A DNA stretch of 44,468 nt from a virus (Duplodnaviria; Heunggongvirae; Uroviricota; Caudoviricetes), in IMG/VR virus record IMGVR_UViG_2778261246_000004, positions 1 through 44,468 of that record, one strand, 5' to 3'. Shown piece after piece: positions 35,820 through 44,000 of this stretch. Position 1 is the first letter of the stretch; the number at the start of each line of letters is the position of its first letter. Both the position numbers and the translations under genes were made by a program. The notes beneath the pieces are model-generated. The model ran no database searches, had not been told where the DNA came from, and saw only the letters and a program-made list of their open reading frames with translations.

Positions 35820-36896
35820 TTACCCCCTGAAGCCCGGCGGAATTTCGTTATCCGGTTCAGAAATATGATTCACACAACGCTGGTTGTTCGTGCCGCTTAC
35901 CGGGAGCAACCAGGGGTTCTCAAAATTCCGGTCCGGTCCAAAAAACGTCGTCGCTCGCTGAACAAATTCCGTTCCCGTTTTCCCGGTAGCCGCCAGGTAT
36001 CTTGCGTAACGCCTCACGCCATCCAGCATGGCCTCTGGTGGCACCCCCTCGCGTAATCTGGCCTTCCAGGCACTGAAAGCTGATTTCTTCGGGTTTGCTC
36101 CGGCACGCAACGGGTACTCCCGCCAGACCTGTTCGAACACATCCGGATAATCCACTCGTCCCACAGACTGCCCGGTGTTTTCCGGGACTACCCGATCGGC
36201 TTCCCGCTGAATGGCGGAATCGGCTTCGGGCTGCTGCAGTTGGTGTGATTGCTCCAGCCTTGCGGTCATCACCTGCTGCACAGCGCCCGAATCGGCTTTC
36301 AGCGCATACGCTGAATCGGCTTCCGGTGTCGTGCCTGCTGGCTGACCAAGATTGACGGTCTGAACATCCCCTGCCTGGTTCGTGGCGTTTTTTACGCCAT
36401 GGACCATAGTGTTTTGATCTTCTTGATCTGTATCTTTATCTGTATCTTTATCTGTCGTGACTCGTCGTGACATGTGCGTGACATTTCGTGACGCGCCGTG
36501 ACAATCGCCATTTTGTTCCCGCTTTCTTTCCCTCTCTCGCTGCGCCCTCTTGCGCTCTGCAGGAGATTTTGCGGTTTGCGAAATATTGCCGTTGTCCTCT
36601 TTAAGCACCTGGCGTTTTTCCCATCCAGTGATTAAATCACCATCAAGTACCCGCCCCTGCATCGTCTGCAAAATTGAATCAATTACCTCTTCTGTCACGT
36701 CGAGCGCACTTGCCAAATCTTCTGTCGTGACATCAATGTGACCTCGCGTGACATTTCGTGACGCGCTCACCAGGAGGTGGATATACACTGCCATCACTGT
36801 TGCAATTGGCTGCCCTGACACCCTGGCAATTGTTCGCCACTTAGGGTCATTTGGCATGTCATGCCATAATCTGAGCCAGGCGTTAGCCATACTCAC
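35820..36896 (-). CDS. Replication initiation protein (replisome-organizer type) containing the putative origin iterons
   Basis: 358 aa; N-terminus MANAWLRLWHDMPNDPKW...IA..VY.HLL typical of phage replisome organizers (memory); two clusters of CGTGAC repeats inside the gene. Confidence 0.6.
   Translation of the reverse strand: MSMANAWLRLWHDMPNDPKWRTIARVSGQPIATVMAVYIHLLVSASRNVTRGHIDVTTEDLASALDVTEEVIDSILQTMQGRVLDGDLITGWEKRQVLKEDNGNISQTAKSPAERKRAQRERERKREQNGDCHGASRNVTHMSRRVTTDKDTDKDTDQEDQNTMVHGVKNATNQAGDVQTVNLGQPAGTTPEADSAYALKADSGAVQQVMTARLEQSHQLQQPEADSAIQREADRVVPENTGQSVGRVDYPDVFEQVWREYPLRAGANPKKSAFSAWKARLREGVPPEAMLDGVRRYARYLAATGKTGTEFVQRATTFFGPDRNFENPWLLPVSGTNNQRCVNHISEPDNEIPPGFRG
36434..36515. 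repeat. Iteron cluster 1: 2.5 copies of ATCTGTATCTTT then five CGTGAC repeats at 10-11 bp spacing
   Basis: Seen directly; 22-bp element GCGTGACATTTCGTGACGCGC shared with cluster 2. Confidence 0.6.
36690..36765. repeat. Iteron cluster 2: four to five GTCACG/CGTGAC repeats including second copy of GCGTGACATTTCGTGACGCGC
   Basis: Seen directly, about 260 bp from cluster 1 inside the same gene. Confidence 0.6.
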
Positions 36897-36961
36897 CTCT
36901 TCTGATACCGAATCTTTTTACTCACGAGTTGCCGGAAGCGATTCGATATGGCTATTGTCAG

Positions 36962-37387
36962 TCAATGTACTGCCACAGCATTTCCTGCCGGGCCACCACG
37001 GTTCATCTGATTGAAACCGGCGATTGCCACTGCGACAAAATCATCAGCGTCTCTCACCAGTCGCTCCCGCGTCTCCACCAGCTCCCGAAAATAAGCTGAA
37101 CTGTGGCTGCGCATTCTGGCCACCAGCAAAGGTGGCATTGCCTTTTCGATCGCTGGTAACAACGCCTGAATTTTTTCAACTGCATCAGGGGTGTCTTTCT
37201 CTACCCAGCGGAAAATTTTCTGGGTATTGCGAGCCAGGGCTTCCGGATGGCTGTCGTCATACAGTTCTGGGAACGTCATACCCAGTTCAAAATAAGCCCT
37301 GGTTATTTCAGCTGCCGGAACTTTTTCACCGTCCGGATGCGCCCAGGCATTCATCGCCATGCGGATGTGTTCATGCTTGATTTTCAT
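36962..37387 (-). CDS. CII-like / YdaT-like early regulator
   Basis: 141-aa ORF immediately downstream of the Cro-like gene; resemblance to Rac YdaT from memory. Confidence 0.45.
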   Translation of the reverse strand: MKIKHEHIRMAMNAWAHPDGEKVPAAEITRAYFELGMTFPELYDDSHPEALARNTQKIFRWVEKDTPDAVEKIQALLPAIEKAMPPLLVARMRSHSSAYFRELVETRERLVRDADDFVAVAIAGFNQMNRGGPAGNAVAVH

Positions 37388-37652
37388 GAATCAAGCTCCT
37401 AGAAAGTGGTTGTGTTAACGTTTTGGTATCTTCCAGCTCGGGCCAAATATTCATCCAATCAAAAGGCCTTAGTTGCTGACGTGTAACTTCACCATTACTG
37501 GCTCGCTCAATAAGGACACATAACGATGCCCCTAACACTTGACCTTTACTCAATGCCTTTCTTAGATAACCGATGCTGGTACCACACTCGCATGCAAACA
37601 TACGCTGTTCATCTGACGAAAGAGAATTGAGAAATATTCTTAATTCTTCCAT
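37371..37652 (-). CDS. Cro-like HTH regulator (YdaS/DicC analogue)
   Basis: 93-aa ORF divergent from the repressor gene; HTH-like segment EQRMFACECGTSIGYLRKAL. Confidence 0.55.
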   Translation of the reverse strand: MEELRIFLNSLSSDEQRMFACECGTSIGYLRKALSKGQVLGASLCVLIERASNGEVTRQQLRPFDWMNIWPELEDTKTLTQPLSRSLIHENQA

Positions 37653-37679
37653 AGCTACTCCTTAGTAAACACAGTAAAG

Positions 37680-37735
37680 AATACCCACAGGTAAACAAAA
37701 GTCAATACCCACAGGTTGTTTACCTTGCGGTAATC
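37680..37735. promoter_or_regulatory. Immunity-region operators: three copies of a TACC-N4-5-GGTA half-palindrome between divergent Cro-like and repressor genes
   Basis: ATACCCACAGGTA (x2) and TTACCTTGCGGTAA seen directly. Confidence 0.5.
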
Positions 37736-37752
37736 GCATCTATTATTTACCT

Positions 37753-38172
37753 ATGGACAAATATGAATTTAGACGACAGCAACTCATCAAAATTCGTGAT
37801 GAGAAATGCGATGGTAAAGCGGTTAACGTGGCCAGAAAGATCGGGCGCGAGCCTTCTTATGTATCAAGAATGTTGTACCCAGAGGGGAAAAAGGGAAAAA
37901 AACGGATCGCTGATGATATGGTGGAGATTATCGAAGAGTCCTTTGGGTTACCCCGGGGATGGATGGATGGTATCGTTTCATCATCAACGAACACAGCCTC
38001 CAGTTATGAAACAAGGGTTCTAACGCCACGACAACGTATTTTTTTAGATCTCTTAGACGAACTGCCAGAAAGTGAAGCGGATAACTTATTAAAAACTCTT
38101 GAAGAGAAAAAACAGTATTACAATATGATCTACGAAGAAATCCGTAAAAAGAAAGCACAAAACGCATCATAG
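37753..38172 (+). CDS. Prophage repressor, DicA/RacR-like HTH protein
   Basis: 139 aa; HTH VNVARKIGREPSYVSRML; C-terminus L.P...FLDLLDELPESEAD resembles DicA (memory). Confidence 0.65.
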   Translation: MDKYEFRRQQLIKIRDEKCDGKAVNVARKIGREPSYVSRMLYPEGKKGKKRIADDMVEIIEESFGLPRGWMDGIVSSSTNTASSYETRVLTPRQRIFLDLLDELPESEADNLLKTLEEKKQYYNMIYEEIRKKKAQNAS

Positions 38173-38212
38173 CTCACCAAACAACTAGTCACCAGTTAAG
38201 ACACCGCAAAAA

Positions 38213-38253
38213 GTTACCCACGGGTATTTACTTTTTAAATACCTATGGGTATC
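38213..38253. promoter_or_regulatory. Two further palindromic operators (TTACCCACGGGTA, ATACCTATGGGTAT) between the repressor gene and ydfA, overlapping a candidate promoter
   Basis: Seen directly; same TACC...GGTA motif as the upstream set. Confidence 0.5.
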
Positions 38254-38437
38254 CTTCTTTTCATACCAACCCACCCCGCCCCACAGAATGCAGGGCAATA
38301 CTTCGAGTTACCAGGCAGTGGTCAGGGGTTAAGTAGCCAGCCCGAGGCGTAAGAACATGACGGCAGGGTTCAACTTTAATAACTATGCAGCAGGTTTTTG
38401 TTCCGCTACCCCGGCGTTAAGGGGAAATGAGGTCAGC

Positions 38438-38593
38438 ATGGATACTATCGATCTTGGCAACAACGAATCTCTGGTGTACGGCGTGTTTCCCAACCAGGAC
38501 GGCACATTCACCGCGATGACGTATACCAAAAGCAAAACGTTTAAAACCGAAAATGGTGCCCGTCGCTGGCTGGAAAGAAACTCAGGTGAGTGA
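38438..38593 (+). CDS. ydfA: YdfA-like small protein (51 aa)
   Basis: ATG 38438 with GAGG RBS; same size and position as Qin ydfA. Confidence 0.5.
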   Translation: MDTIDLGNNESLVYGVFPNQDGTFTAMTYTKSKTFKTENGARRWLERNSGE

Positions 38594-38594
38594 T

Positions 38595-38723
38595 ATGGAT
38601 TTCGACACAATCATGGAAAAGGCTTACGAAGAATACTTCGAAGGTCTTGCCGAAGGCGAAGAAGCTCTCAGCTTCAACGAATTTAAACAGGCGCTTTCCA
38701 GTTCGGCAAAATCTAACGGCTGA
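38595..38723 (+). CDS. ydfB: YdfB-like small protein (42 aa)
   Basis: ATG 1 nt after ydfA stop; MDFDTIMEKAYEEYFEGLAEGEEALSFNEFKQALSSSAKSNG; not in ORF track (short). Confidence 0.5.
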   Translation: MDFDTIMEKAYEEYFEGLAEGEEALSFNEFKQALSSSAKSNG

Positions 38724-38752
38724 TAAGCGAAGCAGCACCGCGAGGAATCAGT

Positions 38753-38971
38753 ATGCAGAAACGAGAACCCGTCATCATCGCGCCAGACTATACCGATGAT
38801 GAACTTTATGAGTGGATGCGCCAGAAAATTAATGCAGCGCAGGATCTGAAATGGGCCAATGAAGCCAGGGCTAAGCAGGCTGAAAATCTGTCCGCTCTGG
38901 AGCAGGATATCACCAGGCTGGAAAAAGCAGCGGCATTAAGCATTGCCAGAATGATTACATACCCGCGTTAA
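38753..38971 (+). CDS. ydfC: YdfC-like small protein (72 aa)
   Basis: 72-aa ORF with GAGGAA RBS, preceding DicF. Confidence 0.5.
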   Translation: MQKREPVIIAPDYTDDELYEWMRQKINAAQDLKWANEARAKQAENLSALEQDITRLEKAAALSIARMITYPR

Positions 38972-39311
38972 TAGCTAACCAACGAAGCTAAGGTTGGTAA
39001 TTAAGGAGTTCTCCACGGGTGAGGTGGAGTGCGTGCGCCGGACACGGGTGAGCATCCGGCACTGACAGTTTACTGAAAGGATATTTCCATGAAAAGTCAG
39101 ACCATAACGCGAAAGCGCACGGCGAGGTAGCTGGTTCATAGATAGCCTGTCGTTAAATTTTCGTCGACCGTGCGCTTCCGGTTGTGGCACTCCGCGAAAT
39201 GGCGCGGCGGTAAGTATGGCGGGGTTATTCCTTCCCCGTTGAGGACACCGGGTTGTCAGGTTGACCATACGCTTAAGTGACAACCCCGCTGCAACGCCCT
39301 CTGTTATCAAT

Positions 39312-39364
39312 TTTCTGGTGACGTTTGGCGGTATCAGTTTTACTCCGTGACTGCTCTGCCGCCC
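39312..39364 (+). ncRNA. dicF: DicF small regulatory RNA
   Basis: UUUCUGGUGACGUUUGGCGGUAUCAGUUUUACUCCGUGACUGCUCUGCCGCCC plus U5 matches remembered E. coli DicF; lies between ydfC-like and dicB as in Qin. Confidence 0.8.
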
Positions 39365-39538
39365 TTTTTAAAGTGAATTTTGTGATGCGGTGAATGCGGC
39401 TAAGCGCACGCGGAACAGTTAAAACCAAAAACAGTGTTATGGGTGGATTCTCTGTATCCGGCGTTAATTGTTAACTGGTTAACGTCACCTGGAGGCACCA
39501 GGCACCGCATCACAAAATTCATTGTTGAGGACGCGATA

Positions 39539-39727
39539 ATGGAAACGTTATTACCAAACGTTAATACGTCTGAAGGTTGTTTTGAAATTGGTGTCACTAT
39601 CAGTAACCCTGTATTTACTGAAGATGCCATTAACAAGAGAAAACACGAACGGGAGTTACTAAATAAAATATGCATTCTTTCAATGCTGGCCCGTTTACGT
39701 CCGATACAAAAAGGATGCTGGCAATGA
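39539..39727 (+). CDS. dicB: Cell division inhibitor DicB
   Basis: 62-aa product M.TLLPNVNTSEGCFEIGVTISNPVFTEDAINKRK.ERELLNKICI.SMLARLR matches DicB; RBS GAGG. Confidence 0.85.
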   Translation: METLLPNVNTSEGCFEIGVTISNPVFTEDAINKRKHERELLNKICILSMLARLRPIQKGCWQ

Positions 39728-39915
39728 ATACAGCATTTGCACTTGTTCTGACAGTTTTTCTTGTTTCCGGAGAGCCAGTTGATATTGCAGTCAGTGTTCA
39801 CAGAACAATGCAGGAATGTATGGCAGCAGCAACCGAACAGAAAATTCCCGGTAACTGTTACCCGGTCGATAAAGTTATTCACCAGGATAGTAACGAAATC
39901 CCGGCAGGTCTTTAA
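39724..39915 (+). CDS. ydfD: YdfD-like small membrane protein
   Basis: ATGA overlap with dicB stop; MNTAFALVLTVFLVSGEPVDIAVSVHRTMQECM.AATEQKIPGNCYPVDKVIHQD..EIPAGL matches Qin YdfD. Confidence 0.7.
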   Translation: MNTAFALVLTVFLVSGEPVDIAVSVHRTMQECMAAATEQKIPGNCYPVDKVIHQDSNEIPAGL

Positions 39916-40007
39916 AACAGTTCCGTAATAAACATCCGATTTCATTCTTATATGCCAGCAATGGCAGGGATTTGTTCACCATTAAATCTGTAATGAGGTA
40001 AAACAAA

Positions 40008-42479
40008 ATGAGTAAAGTCTTTATTTGCGCCGCCATTCCGGACGAACAGGCAATAAAGGAAGAAGGTGCAGTCGCTGTAGCTACTGCCATTGAAGCCGGT
40101 GATGAACGTCGCGCCCGCGCAAAATTTCACTGGCAATTCCTGGAACATTATCCGGCTGCTCAGGACTGCGCTTATAAATTTCTTGTCTGCGAGGATAAAC
40201 CCGGTATACCCCGCCCTGCCCTCGATTCCTGGGATGCTGAATATATGCAGGAAAACCGCTGGGATGAGGAGTCTGCTTCCTTTGTCCCGGTTGAGACTGA
40301 ATCAGATCCGATGAACGTCACTTTTGACAAGCTGGCCCCTGAAGTACAGAACGCTGTCATGGTTAAGTTCGACACATGTGAAAACATCACTGTTGATATG
40401 GTGATTAGCGCACAGGAATTGTTGCAGGAAGACATGGCAACATTCGACGGCCATATCGTTGAAGCGTTGATGAAAATGCCAGAAGTAAACGCCATGTATC
40501 CGGAGCTTAAGCTGCATGCCATCGGGTGGGTTAAGCATAAATGTAAGCCTGGTGCCAAATGGCCCGAAATTCAGGCAGAGATGTGCATCTGGAAAAAACG
40601 TCGCGAAGGTGAACGCAAGGAAACCGGAAAATACACGTCTGTTGTTGATCTCGCCCGCGCCAGACCCAATCAACAGAACACTGAAAATTCAACAGGAAAA
40701 ATCAACCCGGTCATTGCTGCCACTCATCGCGAATACAAGCAGACATGGAAAACACTGGATGACGAACTGGCCTACGCTCTCTGGCCTGGTGATGTGGATG
40801 CCGGAAACATTGACGGCAGCATCCATCGCTGGGCAAAAAATGAAGTTATCGACAACGACCGCGAAGACTGGAAGCGTATCTCGGCATCAATGCGCAAACA
40901 GCCTGATGCCCTTCGCTACGACCGCCAGACTATTTTTGGCCTTGTCCGTGAACGTCCGATCGACATTCACAAAGACCCTGTGGCACTGAACAAATACATT
41001 ACTGAATACCTGACTACAAAGGGCGTGTTTGAAGATGAAGGAAGAAATCAGAGCGCAACTGATACTCTCTCGTCGCCAGTACCAGAAACTGATGCAGTGG
41101 AAACGGCAATTCCGGACAACGAAAAAACCGAATGCAAAGTGGAAGTCGAACCATCTGTAGAGCGTGAGGGGCCGTTCTACTTCCTCTTCACCGACAAGAA
41201 TGGCGAAAAATACGGTCGCGCAAACAAACTTTCTGGTCTGGATAAGGCGCTGGCTGCCGGGGCTACTGAAATCACGAAAGAAGAATATTTCGCCCGCAAA
41301 AACGGTACATACTCAGGTTCACAACAAAATACTGGTGCATCTGACACGACCGCACAACCAGAGCCGGTAAAAGTTACCGCTGACGAAGTAAACAAAATTA
41401 TGCAGGCAGCCAATATCAGCCAGCCTGACGCCGATGAACTGCTTGCAGTATCACGTGGTGAATTTGTTGCAGGGATTAGCGATCCGAATGATCCGAAATG
41501 GGTGAAGGGGATTGAAACCCGCGATTCTGTGAACCAGAACCAGCAAGAAACGGAACAGAACGACCAGAAAGCGGAACAAAACAGCCCAAATGCGTTACAA
41601 AACGAGCCAGAAACGAAACAATCCGAACCAGTAGCGCAACAGGAACCGGAAAAAGTCTGCACCGCCTGCGGTCAGAGCGGTGGCGGCAACTGCCCTGATT
41701 GTGGCGCGGTGATGGGCGACGCAACATACCAGGAAACATTCGATGAAGAGAATCAGGTTGAAGTTCAGGAAAATGATCCGGAGGAAATGGAAGGCGCTGA
41801 ACATCCACACAAGGAGAACCCTGGCGGCAATCAGCATCACGCCAGCGATAATAAAACTGGCGAGGCGACAGATCCCTTAATTAAGGTGAATGGTCATTAT
41901 AAGCTCACATCCACCAGCAGAGCGGGGATTCATCTGATGATCGACCTTGAAACAATGGGAAAAAATCCCGATGCCCCGATTATCTCAATAGGCGCAATAT
42001 TTTTCGATCCACAAACCGGAGAGATGGGGCCGGAATTTAGCAAGACCATCGATCTGGATACTGCTGGCGGAGTCATTGATCGTGACGTCATTAAATGGTG
42101 GCTGAAGCAATCACGTGAAGCGCAGTCTGCCATTATGACCGATGAAATCCCGTTAGATGATGCACTACTGCAATTGCGGGAATTTATCGACGAAAACTCC
42201 GGTGAATTTTTTGTTCAGGTCTGGGGTAATGGGGCCAACTTCGACAACGTGATTTTACGCCGTTCATACGAACGACAGGGTATCCCCTGCCCGTGGCGCT
42301 ACTGCAACGATCGCGATGTACGCACAATCGTTGAGCTGGGGAAAGCCATAGACTTCGATGCCAGAACTGCTATCCCATTCGAAGGTGAGCGCCATAATGC
42401 ACTTGATGACGCTCGTTACCAGGCAAAATACGTTTCAGCTATCTGGCAAAAACTGATCCCGAGTCAGGCTGATTTTTAA
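40008..42479 (+). CDS. Large early-region protein with C-terminal DEDDh 3'-5' exonuclease domain, zinc-ribbon and acidic low-complexity linker
   Basis: 823 aa; C-terminal motifs IDLETMG, WGNGANFD, HNALDDARYQ (DnaQ-like); CTACG...CPDCG zinc ribbon; Gln/Glu-rich linker. Confidence 0.55.
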   Translation: MSKVFICAAIPDEQAIKEEGAVAVATAIEAGDERRARAKFHWQFLEHYPAAQDCAYKFLVCEDKPGIPRPALDSWDAEYMQENRWDEESASFVPVETESDPMNVTFDKLAPEVQNAVMVKFDTCENITVDMVISAQELLQEDMATFDGHIVEALMKMPEVNAMYPELKLHAIGWVKHKCKPGAKWPEIQAEMCIWKKRREGERKETGKYTSVVDLARARPNQQNTENSTGKINPVIAATHREYKQTWKTLDDELAYALWPGDVDAGNIDGSIHRWAKNEVIDNDREDWKRISASMRKQPDALRYDRQTIFGLVRERPIDIHKDPVALNKYITEYLTTKGVFEDEGRNQSATDTLSSPVPETDAVETAIPDNEKTECKVEVEPSVEREGPFYFLFTDKNGEKYGRANKLSGLDKALAAGATEITKEEYFARKNGTYSGSQQNTGASDTTAQPEPVKVTADEVNKIMQAANISQPDADELLAVSRGEFVAGISDPNDPKWVKGIETRDSVNQNQQETEQNDQKAEQNSPNALQNEPETKQSEPVAQQEPEKVCTACGQSGGGNCPDCGAVMGDATYQETFDEENQVEVQENDPEEMEGAEHPHKENPGGNQHHASDNKTGEATDPLIKVNGHYKLTSTSRAGIHLMIDLETMGKNPDAPIISIGAIFFDPQTGEMGPEFSKTIDLDTAGGVIDRDVIKWWLKQSREAQSAIMTDEIPLDDALLQLREFIDENSGEFFVQVWGNGANFDNVILRRSYERQGIPCPWRYCNDRDVRTIVELGKAIDFDARTAIPFEGERHNALDDARYQAKYVSAIWQKLIPSQADF

Positions 42480-42540
42480 TGTTCAACTGTCGCCAGTTGT
42501 CGTTGGTATTCTGCAACTGGCGCGTTCCGGAGTGATAGCC

Positions 42541-42810
42541 ATGAGCGAACAGTACCTGATAACGCTCGATGAGTGGAAGCCAAAACGGTTCAGTCTCCCA
42601 ATAACAAACACTACCCTGGTGAAATACGGAAAACTAGGATACATCGTTCCAAGACCACAAAAAATTCGTGGGCGTTGGCTGATAGATCGCCGGGCAGTAT
42701 TTGTTGGACCTGGTGAAACGGGAATTGCGCCGGAAATTCATACTGGCGATGATGATGCACTGAAGGAGATTTTAACTCATGTCACCGAGGCCACGAAAAA
42801 ACAGCACTGA
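42541..42810 (+). CDS. xis: Excisionase (lambda Xis-like)
   Basis: YLITLDEW..KR........V.....G..VP.P.K..GRWLIDRRAV parallels lambda Xis; directly upstream of and overlapping int. Confidence 0.6.
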   Translation: MSEQYLITLDEWKPKRFSLPITNTTLVKYGKLGYIVPRPQKIRGRWLIDRRAVFVGPGETGIAPEIHTGDDDALKEILTHVTEATKKQH

Positions 42811-43897
42811 CGTAACCGGTCTTTACGAAAAGTTTGATCGCAGAACTGGCAGGGTTTACTACCAGTATAAAAATCCTGTGACTGGAAAATTTCACGGACT
42901 CGGAACAGACAAAGGTAAGGCAGAAAAAATCGCTTCCACAGCCAATCAGCGAATAGCTGCAGCAGAAGCTGAATATTTCATGCGCAAAATTGATGAAAGT
43001 CCGTCAGCAACAAAACGTCGGGGTATCAGATTAAAGGCATGGGTTGATCGATATCTGAAAATACAGGACGCGCGACTGAAAAATGGAGATATTGCAGCTA
43101 CAACTCACAAAGAAAAAGCCCGAATGGCTGCATACCTGGTTTCCCGTCTGGGAAACCACCCATTGAAAGAACTGGAAGTAAGAGACTTTGCATTAATACT
43201 GGATGAGTGGCTGGATAAAGACATGGTCAGCACAGCGAGAGTAAATCGTGGATTATGGGTTGATATTTATAAAGAAGCACAGCATGCAGGGGAAGTTCCT
43301 CCTGGATGGAATCCTCCGGAGGCTACCCGTAAACCGATCCCTAAAGTAACCAGAGCCAGACTCACCCTGGAGGACTGGCAAAAAATTTACAATTCAACAC
43401 CAGAAAAACACTTTATCCGTAACGCAATGCTTCTTGCGATTGTTACTGGTCAGCGCCGTGATGACATTTGCCACATGCGTTTTTCAGATGTGTGGAACGA
43501 ACACTTGCATATCACCCAGGGAAAAACCGGAATGCGTCTGGCGTTACCGCTTACGCTACGCTGTGATGCCATTGGAATATCGCTAAAAGAAGTGATTGAT
43601 GGATGCAAGGACAGAATATTGAGTCCATACCTGATTCATAGTCGGCACCAGAAACAACCAAAACCAATGAGTAAAGATAACCTGAGCGACTACTTTGCTA
43701 AAGCGCGGGATCTGGCAGGAATAACTCCACCAGCAGGAAAAACACCACCAACATTTCATGAACAACGCTCCCTGTCAGAACGACTGTACCGCGCACAGGG
43801 TATCGATACAAAAACATTACTGGGACATAAAGTCCAAGCAACCACCGATCGTTATAACGATACTCGTGGTCAGGAATGGGTTAAATTGGTTGTTTGA
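42779..43897 (+). CDS. int: Tyrosine site-specific integrase (lambda Int family)
   Basis: 372 aa; C-terminal catalytic box TFHEQRSLS.RLY...LLGHK...TTDRYNDTRG (H-x-x-R and Tyr) parallels lambda Int. Confidence 0.85.
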   Translation: MSPRPRKNSTDVTGLYEKFDRRTGRVYYQYKNPVTGKFHGLGTDKGKAEKIASTANQRIAAAEAEYFMRKIDESPSATKRRGIRLKAWVDRYLKIQDARLKNGDIAATTHKEKARMAAYLVSRLGNHPLKELEVRDFALILDEWLDKDMVSTARVNRGLWVDIYKEAQHAGEVPPGWNPPEATRKPIPKVTRARLTLEDWQKIYNSTPEKHFIRNAMLLAIVTGQRRDDICHMRFSDVWNEHLHITQGKTGMRLALPLTLRCDAIGISLKEVIDGCKDRILSPYLIHSRHQKQPKPMSKDNLSDYFAKARDLAGITPPAGKTPPTFHEQRSLSERLYRAQGIDTKTLLGHKVQATTDRYNDTRGQEWVKLVV

Positions 43898-43970
43898 CGA
43901 AATAAATACAGCTGTAACGTTGCCAGTAATTAACAACCGATAAAAATGTTGATATTGCTTTACTGATGTA

Positions 43971-43996
43971 AAAACCCCGGCTGATGCCGGGGTTTT
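43971..43996. terminator. Bidirectional rho-independent terminator between int and the convergent downstream gene
   Basis: AAAACCCCGGC-TGAT-GCCGGGGTTTT, perfect 7-bp GC stem with A/T tracts on both sides. Confidence 0.7.
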
Positions 43997-44000
43997 GAGA

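Noticed and set aside
38975-39310. 111-aa minus-strand ORF upstream of DicF
   Set aside because: Falls in the structured leader between ydfC and dicF, which in Qin is processed RNA; antisense, no RBS
39400-39945. 181-aa minus-strand Cys-rich ORF overlapping dicB and ydfD
   Set aside because: Antisense to two recognisable genes; Cys/Asn-rich junk-like translation
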